Made by a program: the position numbers and the translations under genes | Shown: in pieces, positions 25,840-32,858 of the stretch | Position numbering within the stretch: position 1 is the stretch's first letter | Layout of the letters: each line of letters starts with the position of its first letter | The notes under the pieces: model-generated | What the model saw: only the letters and a program-made list of their open reading frames with translations | What the model was told of the DNA's origin: nothing | Database searches by the model: none | Virus record (IMG/VR): IMGVR_UViG_3300038701_001420 | Location: 1 to 37,506 of that record | DNA from: a virus | Strand: one strand, 5' to 3' | DNA: 37,506 bases

Positions 25840-27183
25840 TTAGCTTCCACCCATGCTTAGGGTTTGATTAGGAATTTGTAAACCTTCAAAGAAAAATTCT
25901 CCGTTCGTCTTCACTAGGAAAAATTTCTTCTCCATTTGTTTGTAGAATTTAATTTTACCAATAGGCTTGAAATTCGATTCTCGGCAATAGTATTTATAAG
26001 CTTTCCAGACATCAGTTCTTTTGCACTTAGAGCCTTCTTGCTTAATCTTGTCCTCCTCAATCCAATTTGAAATAGAATCATTGTCTTTCATGTAGCTTCT
26101 GTTTGCTTTCTTGCAGCGATCCGGCACATCGAAGTGTCCACGTCTTTGAAGGCGCTTGAGGCCATTGATGGCCCATGAGAAGATTTGACCAGCCTCAGCC
26201 TTCAACTTGTCCCCTAGCTCAATGTCTCGTTCCTCTTGTTTGAACTCGCGAGTGAAGGGTAGGAAATGAATACGCTCTTTGATTGCAAAGCCAGTGTCTT
26301 TGATGTAGGGCAGATTGTTACACGCGATCACAAGCTTCGCTGTAAAATCCATCTCATACTGAGGTTTGTATTTCTCATTGACGGTCATCGACTCCCCAGA
26401 GATTGCGGACTTGATGACCCCAGTGTCTAGCTGCTGGCCGTCCTCCAAATCGTATGAGAAATTGATCAGCTTGTTCTTTGTTTGAAAGATCATACTGCCA
26501 TCATTGATGCCCTTGATGTCCACTGAAGAAACGTTGTGCGGGCCAATGATGTACTTCCAAATCTCTTGAAGCTTCCCCTTTCCATTCCGTCCGGAACCGT
26601 GCATGATCAAGCATTTTTCCATAGGGTTACCCGGGACTAGGCTGTAGCCCATCCACTCTTGAATGAAGTGCATGACTTTCATATAGTCCTCAATTTCATC
26701 TTCTCTCATTACGATCTCATCCTTTTCATTGTCCCATTCCCAACCCATCGAAGTAGTGAGGAACTTCATCATGACAGGGCATTTAGGTTCTTCGACATAA
26801 TTGAAGGGTAGCTTATGAAAAGCGAAGTCCTCCATCTCATAAGGTTTGACTGTATAGTCCTTCAGGCTCAAAACACCATCCTTAGTGTTGACTGTTTTCT
26901 TGTTTTGCTTTTGAGAGAGGTATTTAATTTGCTTCCGATACTGGTTGTAGGTATGATCTTGGATCATTGAAAGCATTTCAGCCTTGTCTTTTTTCATGGG
27001 TGGTTCAATATAGGCTTTAGAGTACTCGTGACTAATCCATGCGATCGTATTCTCTTTGTCCTCCTCCCTCCAAATACCTTCATTAAATAAGTAGGGCGTA
27101 CCCTTGAAGAAAATAAGGTTGTGTTCATTGCTAAAGATTTTAGCTATGCTGCAAAATTTATCTGCTTTTTTTGGTTTAGACAT
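25840..27183 (-). CDS. D5/P4-type primase-helicase (SF3 NTPase)
   Basis: Walker A GSGRNGKG. LVIACNNLPY..IKERIHFLPF matches the P4-family C-terminal region. 447 aa. Confidence 0.8.
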   Translation of the reverse strand: MSKPKKADKFCSIAKIFSNEHNLIFFKGTPYLFNEGIWREEDKENTIAWISHEYSKAYIEPPMKKDKAEMLSMIQDHTYNQYRKQIKYLSQKQNKKTVNTKDGVLSLKDYTVKPYEMEDFAFHKLPFNYVEEPKCPVMMKFLTTSMGWEWDNEKDEIVMREDEIEDYMKVMHFIQEWMGYSLVPGNPMEKCLIMHGSGRNGKGKLQEIWKYIIGPHNVSSVDIKGINDGSMIFQTKNKLINFSYDLEDGQQLDTGVIKSAISGESMTVNEKYKPQYEMDFTAKLVIACNNLPYIKDTGFAIKERIHFLPFTREFKQEERDIELGDKLKAEAGQIFSWAINGLKRLQRRGHFDVPDRCKKANRSYMKDNDSISNWIEEDKIKQEGSKCKRTDVWKAYKYYCRESNFKPIGKIKFYKQMEKKFFLVKTNGEFFFEGLQIPNQTLSMGGS

Positions 27184-27511
27184 TTTGTTTTGGGTTTAGG
27201 ATATTTAAAACATTAGCCTTCCACTGCTTAGGCCCGAGTGTGAAAAGGTGTTGATTGAAATCCTCACCATTAGCAGAACACTTTTTATAATTATAGCCAG
27301 TAAGTGAAACACTTCTTTCAAATCCGCACCTAAAGCACAAATCACTAGGTTTATTCATCGTATTTAACAGCTCAATAAATTGACCATTCTTCCTTTCCAT
27401 GACCCTAACTAGCATTGAGCCAATTAAATCAAATACTTCATTGTCTTTAAGCAATCCAAGATTGAGTGAATTTTGTAATTCTGAATTGAAAATTTCTTGG
27501 TCAGTTGTCAT
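27176..27511 (-). CDS. Hypothetical protein
   Basis: 111-aa ORF, ATG start, 8-nt overlap with the downstream gene. Confidence 0.55.
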   Translation of the reverse strand: MTTDQEIFNSELQNSLNLGLLKDNEVFDLIGSMLVRVMERKNGQFIELLNTMNKPSDLCFRCGFERSVSLTGYNYKKCSANGEDFNQHLFTLGPKQWKANVLNILNPKQNV

Positions 27512-27522
27512 TTTTATTATTG

Positions 27523-27858
27523 TTAGTTGTAAAGAAAATTAATTTCTGGTGGTAGGTTTGACCCCCTTGAATTACGAATGACTTCGTAAACTTCGATTAA
27601 GCCACCTTTGCTATCGAATCTCAATGTCATGTGTCTTCTTTTTGTTGAGATAATTATCACATTCTTTTTAAGTGCAGCCCTTTCAAATAAAGGAATGCCG
27701 AATAATTCAGGATCAGTGATTTTGTTGTCTGATTTTTTTAATAGGTTTAGATCAATGTGAACTGTTATTGAATCTAAGTCATGAATAATTATAGATTCGA
27801 CCTGTTCATTGATCTTTGCACATTCTTCAATTATGATTTGTATATTCTTGATTAGCAT
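27523..27858 (-). CDS. Hypothetical protein
   Basis: 111-aa ORF, ATG start. Confidence 0.55.
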   Translation of the reverse strand: MLIKNIQIIIEECAKINEQVESIIIHDLDSITVHIDLNLLKKSDNKITDPELFGIPLFERAALKKNVIIISTKRRHMTLRFDSKGGLIEVYEVIRNSRGSNLPPEINFLYN

Positions 27859-28035
27859 TTATTTTAAATCCTTAAATACGTCACCAAGCAGCCCCCAAAA
27901 AATTAGTATCTGCCCTATAGAGTCAGTATATCCCTCAAAGTTACTTTGAGGCTCCGCTGACCATCCACCTGTCCAGCTTCCATAGAGCCAGACAATGAAG
28001 CCAACAACTGCTAAAATTTTATATCCATGTCTCAT
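27859..28035 (-). CDS. Unlisted 58-aa two-TM membrane protein
   Basis: Hand translation gives MRHGYKILAVVGFIVWLYGSWTGGWSAEPQSNFEGYTDSIGQILIFWGLLGDVFKDLK. Its TAA abuts the next ATG (TAAATG). It falls just below the ORF-track cutoff. Confidence 0.6.
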   Translation of the reverse strand: MRHGYKILAVVGFIVWLYGSWTGGWSAEPQSNFEGYTDSIGQILIFWGLLGDVFKDLK

Positions 28036-28066
28036 ATTATTTTGGGTTGTGGTTTATTGGTCATGG

Positions 28067-28351
28067 TTAAATTAGTTTTTTTAATTCTAAGATTAAATTT
28101 TTAGCATCGTCTTTTAAAATTTCAATCTGCATTTCTTTTGAAGGCTTGCCTAAAGCTTTTTCAATAGCTTCTATTTCATCCCCACCCCCATAATCACAAC
28201 TATCCACCCATTCAATGTCATGCAGAGCCCCTGAAACAAGCTCTAAATGTTTCCCAAATGCACGTCTTAATGGTGTTTGGGACTTTTCTTGTAGCTCATC
28301 AGCCACATCTTTAAGCCTTCTATATAAATAATCCATACTTCCTCCACTCAT
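28067..28351 (-). CDS. Hypothetical protein
   Basis: 94-aa ORF, ATGA-coupled to the phosphatase gene. Confidence 0.55.
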   Translation of the reverse strand: MSGGSMDYLYRRLKDVADELQEKSQTPLRRAFGKHLELVSGALHDIEWVDSCDYGGGDEIEAIEKALGKPSKEMQIEILKDDAKNLILELKKLI

Positions 28352-29052
28352 CGTCCTTTTTCGTTATGATATATTTCTTTTACAATGTCTGATTGCCAAT
28401 ATTCACCAGTATCTACATCCATAATAGTCAAGACACCTTCCCAACCTGCCCCTGTGTCCATCAAGGTAACATTGCCACCAGTGAAAGGCTTGTTTCTTGG
28501 CACTCGCTTTTCTGAAAATGAGTTGACAGTTGTGTGACCAAGGTAAACATGTTCAAACTCATCCACTTTAAAACCACTCGTTGCACCAGCAACACACTTG
28601 CCAGCAAGAGAACGATCCCACATAAACATGTCATCGCGCTGAGCTTCAAGTTTTACCCTCCGAAGGAATCCGCCATGGCAGTACATGCGATTCTTTTCGT
28701 CGATGTGGTAGACCTTTGAATTTTTCCAGTAGTCACGATGCTTTGGAATTAAGTCAGGCCTTCCTTTTACATATCCATCAATAGTTGCTTGACCACCTTG
28801 CTCTGTCCAAACTAAAGGCGCTCTTCCAAACTCCATCCACTCATCCATCCAATGATCATGATTCCCTTTAATCTGAATAACATTTTTTAAATGTTTTAAG
28901 ATTATAATACATTCAGGGGTTTCAGACCATCCGTCGCAGACATCACCCAATTGAATAAGTGTGTCATTACTAGGGTCAAAGTCAGCTCTGTCTAAGCATT
29001 GAAGCAATGCCATTGCTGCCCCGTGAATGTCGCCCATTACGAAAGTCCGCAT
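28348..29052 (-). CDS. Calcineurin-like metallophosphoesterase (Ser/Thr phosphatase type)
   Basis: Motifs GDIHG, GDVCDGW and GNHD in the canonical order. Confidence 0.8.
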   Translation of the reverse strand: MRTFVMGDIHGAAMALLQCLDRADFDPSNDTLIQLGDVCDGWSETPECIIILKHLKNVIQIKGNHDHWMDEWMEFGRAPLVWTEQGGQATIDGYVKGRPDLIPKHRDYWKNSKVYHIDEKNRMYCHGGFLRRVKLEAQRDDMFMWDRSLAGKCVAGATSGFKVDEFEHVYLGHTTVNSFSEKRVPRNKPFTGGNVTLMDTGAGWEGVLTIMDVDTGEYWQSDIVKEIYHNEKGR

Positions 29053-29070
29053 TGTTGTTATTGTTAAATT

Positions 29071-29268
29071 TTATCTGTCTACAGTTCTGTAATCCCTATT
29101 CATTGGGAGTTTGCCTTGAAGGTAATATTGTGATTGAGTGGGTTTAAAAATTTTCTTTTCCCTCCTAAGAAATTTACAAACATGTCTTCTTGATGTGAGA
29201 GTAGACATGTTTATAGCTGTACAATCAAGGCATATATAAGTCCCACTACTTGTTTTTTTTATCTTCAT
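29071..29268 (-). CDS. Hypothetical small Cys-containing protein
   Basis: 65-aa ORF with a CLDC motif. Overlaps the upstream gene by 23 nt. Confidence 0.4.
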   Translation of the reverse strand: MKIKKTSSGTYICLDCTAINMSTLTSRRHVCKFLRREKKIFKPTQSQYYLQGKLPMNRDYRTVDR

Positions 29269-29539
29269 TTTTCTTCTTCAATGATGGAGGCATTGGCTTT
29301 CCTCTGTCGTGATGTTCTTTCTCATCAACATAGATACAATCCTCGTGATAAAGTTTGATGTTTAGGTCTGCATACATTTGATCAATGTCTAATTCAATCT
29401 CATCGATGAAGTAGCCAAACTCTTCCTTGAGATCATTGCCCTCGCCTCGCTGAACCATCATATAGCCTTTAATAATTGCTGGCATCAGGCGTTCGTGGAC
29501 GTCCATCACAAGGACTTTTTCACCTACAGAATATTTCAT
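29246..29539 (-). CDS. Hypothetical protein
   Basis: 97-aa ORF, ATG start. Confidence 0.55.
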   Translation of the reverse strand: MKYSVGEKVLVMDVHERLMPAIIKGYMMVQRGEGNDLKEEFGYFIDEIELDIDQMYADLNIKLYHEDCIYVDEKEHHDRGKPMPPSLKKKNEDKKNK

Positions 29540-29563
29540 AATTTTTGATTAAAATGTTATAGT

Positions 29564-30010
29564 TTATCGATTGCTAAGTACTTTTTTTATTTTGTAAAAG
29601 ATGCCCGGCTCATCATGCACTGACTTATGTGCATCTCTTGCACATTCGACAAGCTGGTCGATTATGGTATCCATCTTTTCTTCAAAGTCATCTTCAACCT
29701 CAACAATCCTTCCGCGCTTTAAATCGACTGTATAATTCTTGCTTGGCAATTCACCTGTTTCCTGATGGAAGTTTTCCCAAGCTAGTCTTTGTAATACTCC
29801 ATAAATTTTTGCTATCCATGCCCCTTGCATACCGGGGCATTTCATACAGAATTTTGTCATTTCTCTTTGGCTTTCTGGGGTAAGCTCTTCTGACATTTTG
29901 AAGTCATAACCCACAGCCTCGATCAATGCCTGTGTTGGCTCATTCATTATTTTAATGAAGTCCTTTGAGATGGAAAAACTGCCATCTTTGTATTTGCGAT
30001 ATTTTGACAT
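29564..30010 (-). CDS. Hypothetical protein
   Basis: 148-aa ORF, ATG start, preceded by a minus-strand TATAAT (30030-30025). Confidence 0.6.
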   Translation of the reverse strand: MSKYRKYKDGSFSISKDFIKIMNEPTQALIEAVGYDFKMSEELTPESQREMTKFCMKCPGMQGAWIAKIYGVLQRLAWENFHQETGELPSKNYTVDLKRGRIVEVEDDFEEKMDTIIDQLVECARDAHKSVHDEPGIFYKIKKVLSNR

Positions 30011-30256
30011 GATTATTGTTGTTATTATAAATACTTTTTGATAATGGGGGTAGGGATTTGACGAGGTGGCTGTTGCTTCTCATCAGAGGCTTATTTAACC
30101 GACCGCGATCTTCCGACGGCACCACGACTCGTATAGTCACCCTACATGATATTAACTTAGGCATGGCGTTTGCAACCATCCACACCCTATAGAGATTTAA
30201 ATATCTAACATTCGCCATCGTTAGCGTCTACCTTTTCCGCCACCCCATCTTTAAAC
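30011..30256 (-). other. Non-coding island with long-range helix (candidate structured RNA or origin)
   Basis: No credible ORF on either strand. GAUGGGGUGGC (30249-30239) pairs with GCCACCUCGUC (30070-30060). The island looks richer in G/C than the flanks. Confidence 0.4.
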
Positions 30257-30481
30257 CTAATTACTTAGTGTTCCTTTTGCCTTTTCCTCCTCACTAAAAG
30301 TGATAGTGTCGCCAACTACTTCATAAAATCTAGTGAAGTAATCACCGCCTTTTTCCTTGTAAACTATTCTTTTATCGAAGAGGATAAAAAATTCTAAATC
30401 CCTATTTGTAAAATTAACTTTTGCAGCATTTTCATTAGGTCTTATTGTTGCATCTTTTAAGTCAATGGTCATTGTTATCAT
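30257..30481 (-). CDS. Hypothetical early protein
   Basis: 74-aa ORF with ATG start, the first sizeable gene of the leftward block. Confidence 0.55.
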   Translation of the reverse strand: MITMTIDLKDATIRPNENAAKVNFTNRDLEFFILFDKRIVYKEKGGDYFTRFYEVVGDTITFSEEEKAKGTLSN

Positions 30482-30684
30482 TTTAATATTTTAGGTTATT
30501 AGTAAAAAATTCTTGGAGGTCGTCACAAACCCTATTGGCTATGACATTTATAGCTACATCATCCAATTTAATGGTTTCTGTTATTGCTTTTTAACGACTT
30601 TGGTAATCAAACCGCATTCGTCTATTTTGTCTTCATCCATTTTATAGTTTTTAAATTAAGTAAATAAAGAAAATGAGGGGCCAG

Positions 30685-30758
30685 TGTCGATGGAGATTAT
30701 AAATAATCACCAAGGCCCCCCATCGACAAAGCCAGTATAATTATTTGCCTGTCGATTG
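30685..30758. promoter_or_regulatory. Operator-like TGTCGATGG sites flanking divergent -10 boxes
   Basis: TGTCGATGG at 30685-30693, the inverted copy CCATCGACA at 30720-30728, and TGTCGATTG at 30750-30758. The minus-strand TATAAT lies at 30701-30696 and the plus-strand GTATAATTA at 30735-30743. Confidence 0.45.
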
Positions 30759-30865
30759 CAAGCTTTTAGGGTTTACAAATCACTGGTAAAATTGCATAGT
30801 GTTACTATGTTTAGGGGAAAGGCCATTTGACATAAATTTTTTTTATTTTTTAAAAAGGGCAATGC

Positions 30866-30902
30866 TAGGGCAAATTCATTTTAAAAATGCCCCTATTTTT
30901 TT
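30866..30902 (+). terminator. Terminator-like hairpin in the control region
   Basis: UAGGGCA (30866-30872) pairs with UGCCCCUA (30888-30895) with one bulge, then U7 (30896-30902). A second AGGGCA copy lies at 30856-30861. Confidence 0.4.
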
Positions 30903-31136
30903 GAGTCTGGTAAAGGGAAAGGGTATTTAGGTTAATAAAGTATTCTTCTATTAAAGATATATGTAAATTTATATACAATTACAACCCTTTATATATAGGG
31001 GGAATTTTTCTACCCCAAAACCCCTCAAGTTATATTATGCAATAATTTTTCATTGTTGCTTATTTGACAAGTAATGTGTCCACGCTAGGTGACATTTTCA
31101 TTTGCCATAATGCAGGAATTCTTTCTTAAGAAAATA

Positions 31137-31183
31137 GGTTACCAGTAACTGGTAACCCAACTGGTAATCATCTATGGTATAAT
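31137..31183 (+). promoter_or_regulatory. 21-bp perfect palindromic operator plus extra half-site, overlapping an extended -10 promoter
   Basis: GGTTACCAGTAACTGGTAACC at 31137-31157, ACTGGTAA again at 31160-31167, and TGGTATAAT at 31175-31183. Confidence 0.6.
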
Positions 31184-31189
31184 AGGGGC

Positions 31190-31402
31190 ATGAAATTACA
31201 AGATGCTGAAAATTTTAAAGCAATGGCCAACTTCATTAGTTTCTGTCTGGTGGTCGTTGGTTTGATTTTACAAAGCTACCTGTGGTTGGTTGCTGCCTTA
31301 GCTCTAAGAAGCACCACAATATCGATTGTGGTCTATCGAAAGGACTCTAAGCAACCAGAGGCTAAAAACTTAAATAAAGGACGAAGGAAAGGGAAGCTTT
31401 AA
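31190..31402 (+). CDS. Small membrane protein with basic tail (apparently leaderless)
   Basis: 70 aa with two hydrophobic segments and the tail NKGRRKGKL. The ATG lies 6 nt after the TATAAT. Confidence 0.5.
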   Translation: MKLQDAENFKAMANFISFCLVVVGLILQSYLWLVAALALRSTTISIVVYRKDSKQPEAKNLNKGRRKGKL

Positions 31403-31423
31403 AACAACAATAACAATAATTAA

Positions 31424-31612
31424 ATGGACGACAATGAAAATAATCCGAAGGGGGTGCCTTCTAAGTATGACGTAATGCTTGCGTTGACCACGGTCTTCAA
31501 CAAGGATTATGATTTTTTGGATGATGTGAACCGAATTACCTTTGGATTAATCTCTAAACGAAATAAGCAAAATGCAAATCCGCGGTCAAATCATAGGCGA
31601 ACCTCCTTCTAA
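31424..31612 (+). CDS. Hypothetical protein
   Basis: 62-aa ORF with ATG start. Overlaps the next ORF by 41 nt, so one of the two boundaries is uncertain. Confidence 0.4.
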   Translation: MDDNENNPKGVPSKYDVMLALTTVFNKDYDFLDDVNRITFGLISKRNKQNANPRSNHRRTSF

Positions 31613-31934
31613 ACGTCACTTCTGGAAAATCACCCGAGACAAAAATGACAACCCAGTCATTTACATGGTTGATAAACGTTCACTTTGGAATCTGAATGCT
31701 GAAACTGAAGTGAAGAAGCAAATTAAGAATAGGGTTGGGGGTGAGGTTTCTATTTTCCTGACTGCCATGTTCAAAAGAAAAAAGAAACACGGTCAAGTAG
31801 TGGATGCTGTGATTGATATTCTAAGGCGTGCATGCCTTGAAAAAGACACTGTGATTCGAAGAGTTGATTATCAAGTTGCCTACGTTGATGATGACCGATT
31901 ACCTGAAATTTTATTTACTATTAAACAACAATAA
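31572..31934 (+). CDS. Possible RusA-like Holliday-junction resolvase
   Basis: 120 aa. IIGEPPSKRH near the N-terminus and VVDAVIDILRRA..VIRRVDYQVAYVDD loosely resemble RusA family features. The catalytic residues were not confirmed. Confidence 0.3.
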   Translation: MQIRGQIIGEPPSKRHFWKITRDKNDNPVIYMVDKRSLWNLNAETEVKKQIKNRVGGEVSIFLTAMFKRKKKHGQVVDAVIDILRRACLEKDTVIRRVDYQVAYVDDDRLPEILFTIKQQ

Positions 31935-31936
31935 TT

Positions 31937-32239
31937 ATGACTAAGTCAATTGATAAAGATCAAATTGCTTTGGATAAAAAGAAGAAGCAAGAAGAGCGAA
32001 AGGTTCGTGTTCTGACTGAAAGAATGGAATTTTTTCAAAAGGGACTAAGAGAGCTACAAGCTAAAGCTCAGGTTCGAATGATCCCAGTGATCAAGGTTAC
32101 TCCTCAGAAGCATGAGGCCAATGTTGAGTTGGTTCCTGAAAGTGAAAAGACTCTTGAAGAATGTTTGGCTGAATATGCTTTTAAACAAAATCAGGAAAAG
32201 GAAGAGGCGGAAAAGGCTGAGGTTGATCCGGAAGCTTAA
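31937..32239 (+). CDS. Hypothetical coiled-coil protein
   Basis: 100-aa ORF, K/E-rich. Confidence 0.55.
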   Translation: MTKSIDKDQIALDKKKKQEERKVRVLTERMEFFQKGLRELQAKAQVRMIPVIKVTPQKHEANVELVPESEKTLEECLAEYAFKQNQEKEEAEKAEVDPEA

Positions 32240-32257
32240 TTTTAAACAACAACTATT

Positions 32258-32455
32258 ATGAAAGTCTACAACAGCTTTAAAGAAATGCTGGATGATCAGA
32301 AGTATTATGGTTTGCCAATGAAGGCCATATTCTCTGAAGCATTCAATCAATTATTTGGTCGGATCACTTTGCTTGAAGAGGATCATGATGCTCTGATGAA
32401 GGAGAATAAAAAACTGAAGAAGCAACTCAAAACTAGACAAAAGAAAACCGCATAG
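32258..32455 (+). CDS. Hypothetical protein
   Basis: 65-aa ORF, ATG start. Confidence 0.5.
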   Translation: MKVYNSFKEMLDDQKYYGLPMKAIFSEAFNQLFGRITLLEEDHDALMKENKKLKKQLKTRQKKTA

Positions 32456-32489
32456 TATAAGCTTAATTTAAGTCTAAACATAAATTTTC

Positions 32490-32858
32490 ATGGCACACGG
32501 AAATACTGGAAAGAAAAATGCAAAGGGAAATAAAGGTGGCGGACGCAAGTCTGCCTATCAAGAATCTAAAGATGCTAAATTCCTTCAAGATGTTTGGGAG
32601 GGTGATTTTGATGAAGCAGAATTAAAGAAGATCATTGCTTCAAAGAAGGGGAAGAAGCGAGGCGCTAAGCATGTGTTCGCTATGTTGGCCCTGACTGGCA
32701 ATGAAAAGATTTTGAATAAGATGGTCGATAAGCTGTTTGCGAATAAGCATGACATAGCCCTTGATGATCTAAGGGAAACCCCAGATGATCTTACTGATCA
32801 AGAAAGGGAAAGCATTGAAGAAGCAGTAAACAACACCCTCTACCAAGATGATGAATGA
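32490..32858 (+). CDS. terS: Putative small terminase subunit
   Basis: 122 aa with a basic Gly/Lys/Asn-rich N-terminus (GNTGKKNAKGNKGGGRK). ATGA overlap with terL. Confidence 0.55.
   Translation: MAHGNTGKKNAKGNKGGGRKSAYQESKDAKFLQDVWEGDFDEAELKKIIASKKGKKRGAKHVFAMLALTGNEKILNKMVDKLFANKHDIALDDLRETPDDLTDQERESIEEAVNNTLYQDDE

Noticed and set aside
29253-29260. An A8 run (minus strand) at the junction of 29246-29539 and 29071-29268, considered as a third frameshift site.
   Set aside because: The downstream frame is +1, not -1, relative to the upstream gene, and it has its own ATG at 29268. Ordinary overlapping genes explain it.
30079-30086. CUGAUGAG on the minus strand, the hammerhead ribozyme core. 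A near copy CUUGAUGAG lies on the plus strand at about 22944-22952.
   Set aside because: No stem II hairpin follows, no GAAA element is present, and no suitably placed cleavage triplet with flanking helices exists. An isolated 8-mer is expected by chance at about this frequency.
30050-30145. GUAGGG (30145-30140) pairs with CCCUAC (30055-30050), which looks like a tRNA acceptor stem followed by CCCCA.
   Set aside because: No T-arm or GTTC-type loop precedes the 3' strand, no D-arm consensus is present, and the spacing is about 90 nt. The cloverleaf cannot be drawn.
29952-30218. An 88-aa minus-strand ORF covering the second non-coding island.
   Set aside because: It overlaps the start of 29564-30010 by 59 nt and contains an NNNNN run with an implausible composition. 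The region is better explained as non-coding.
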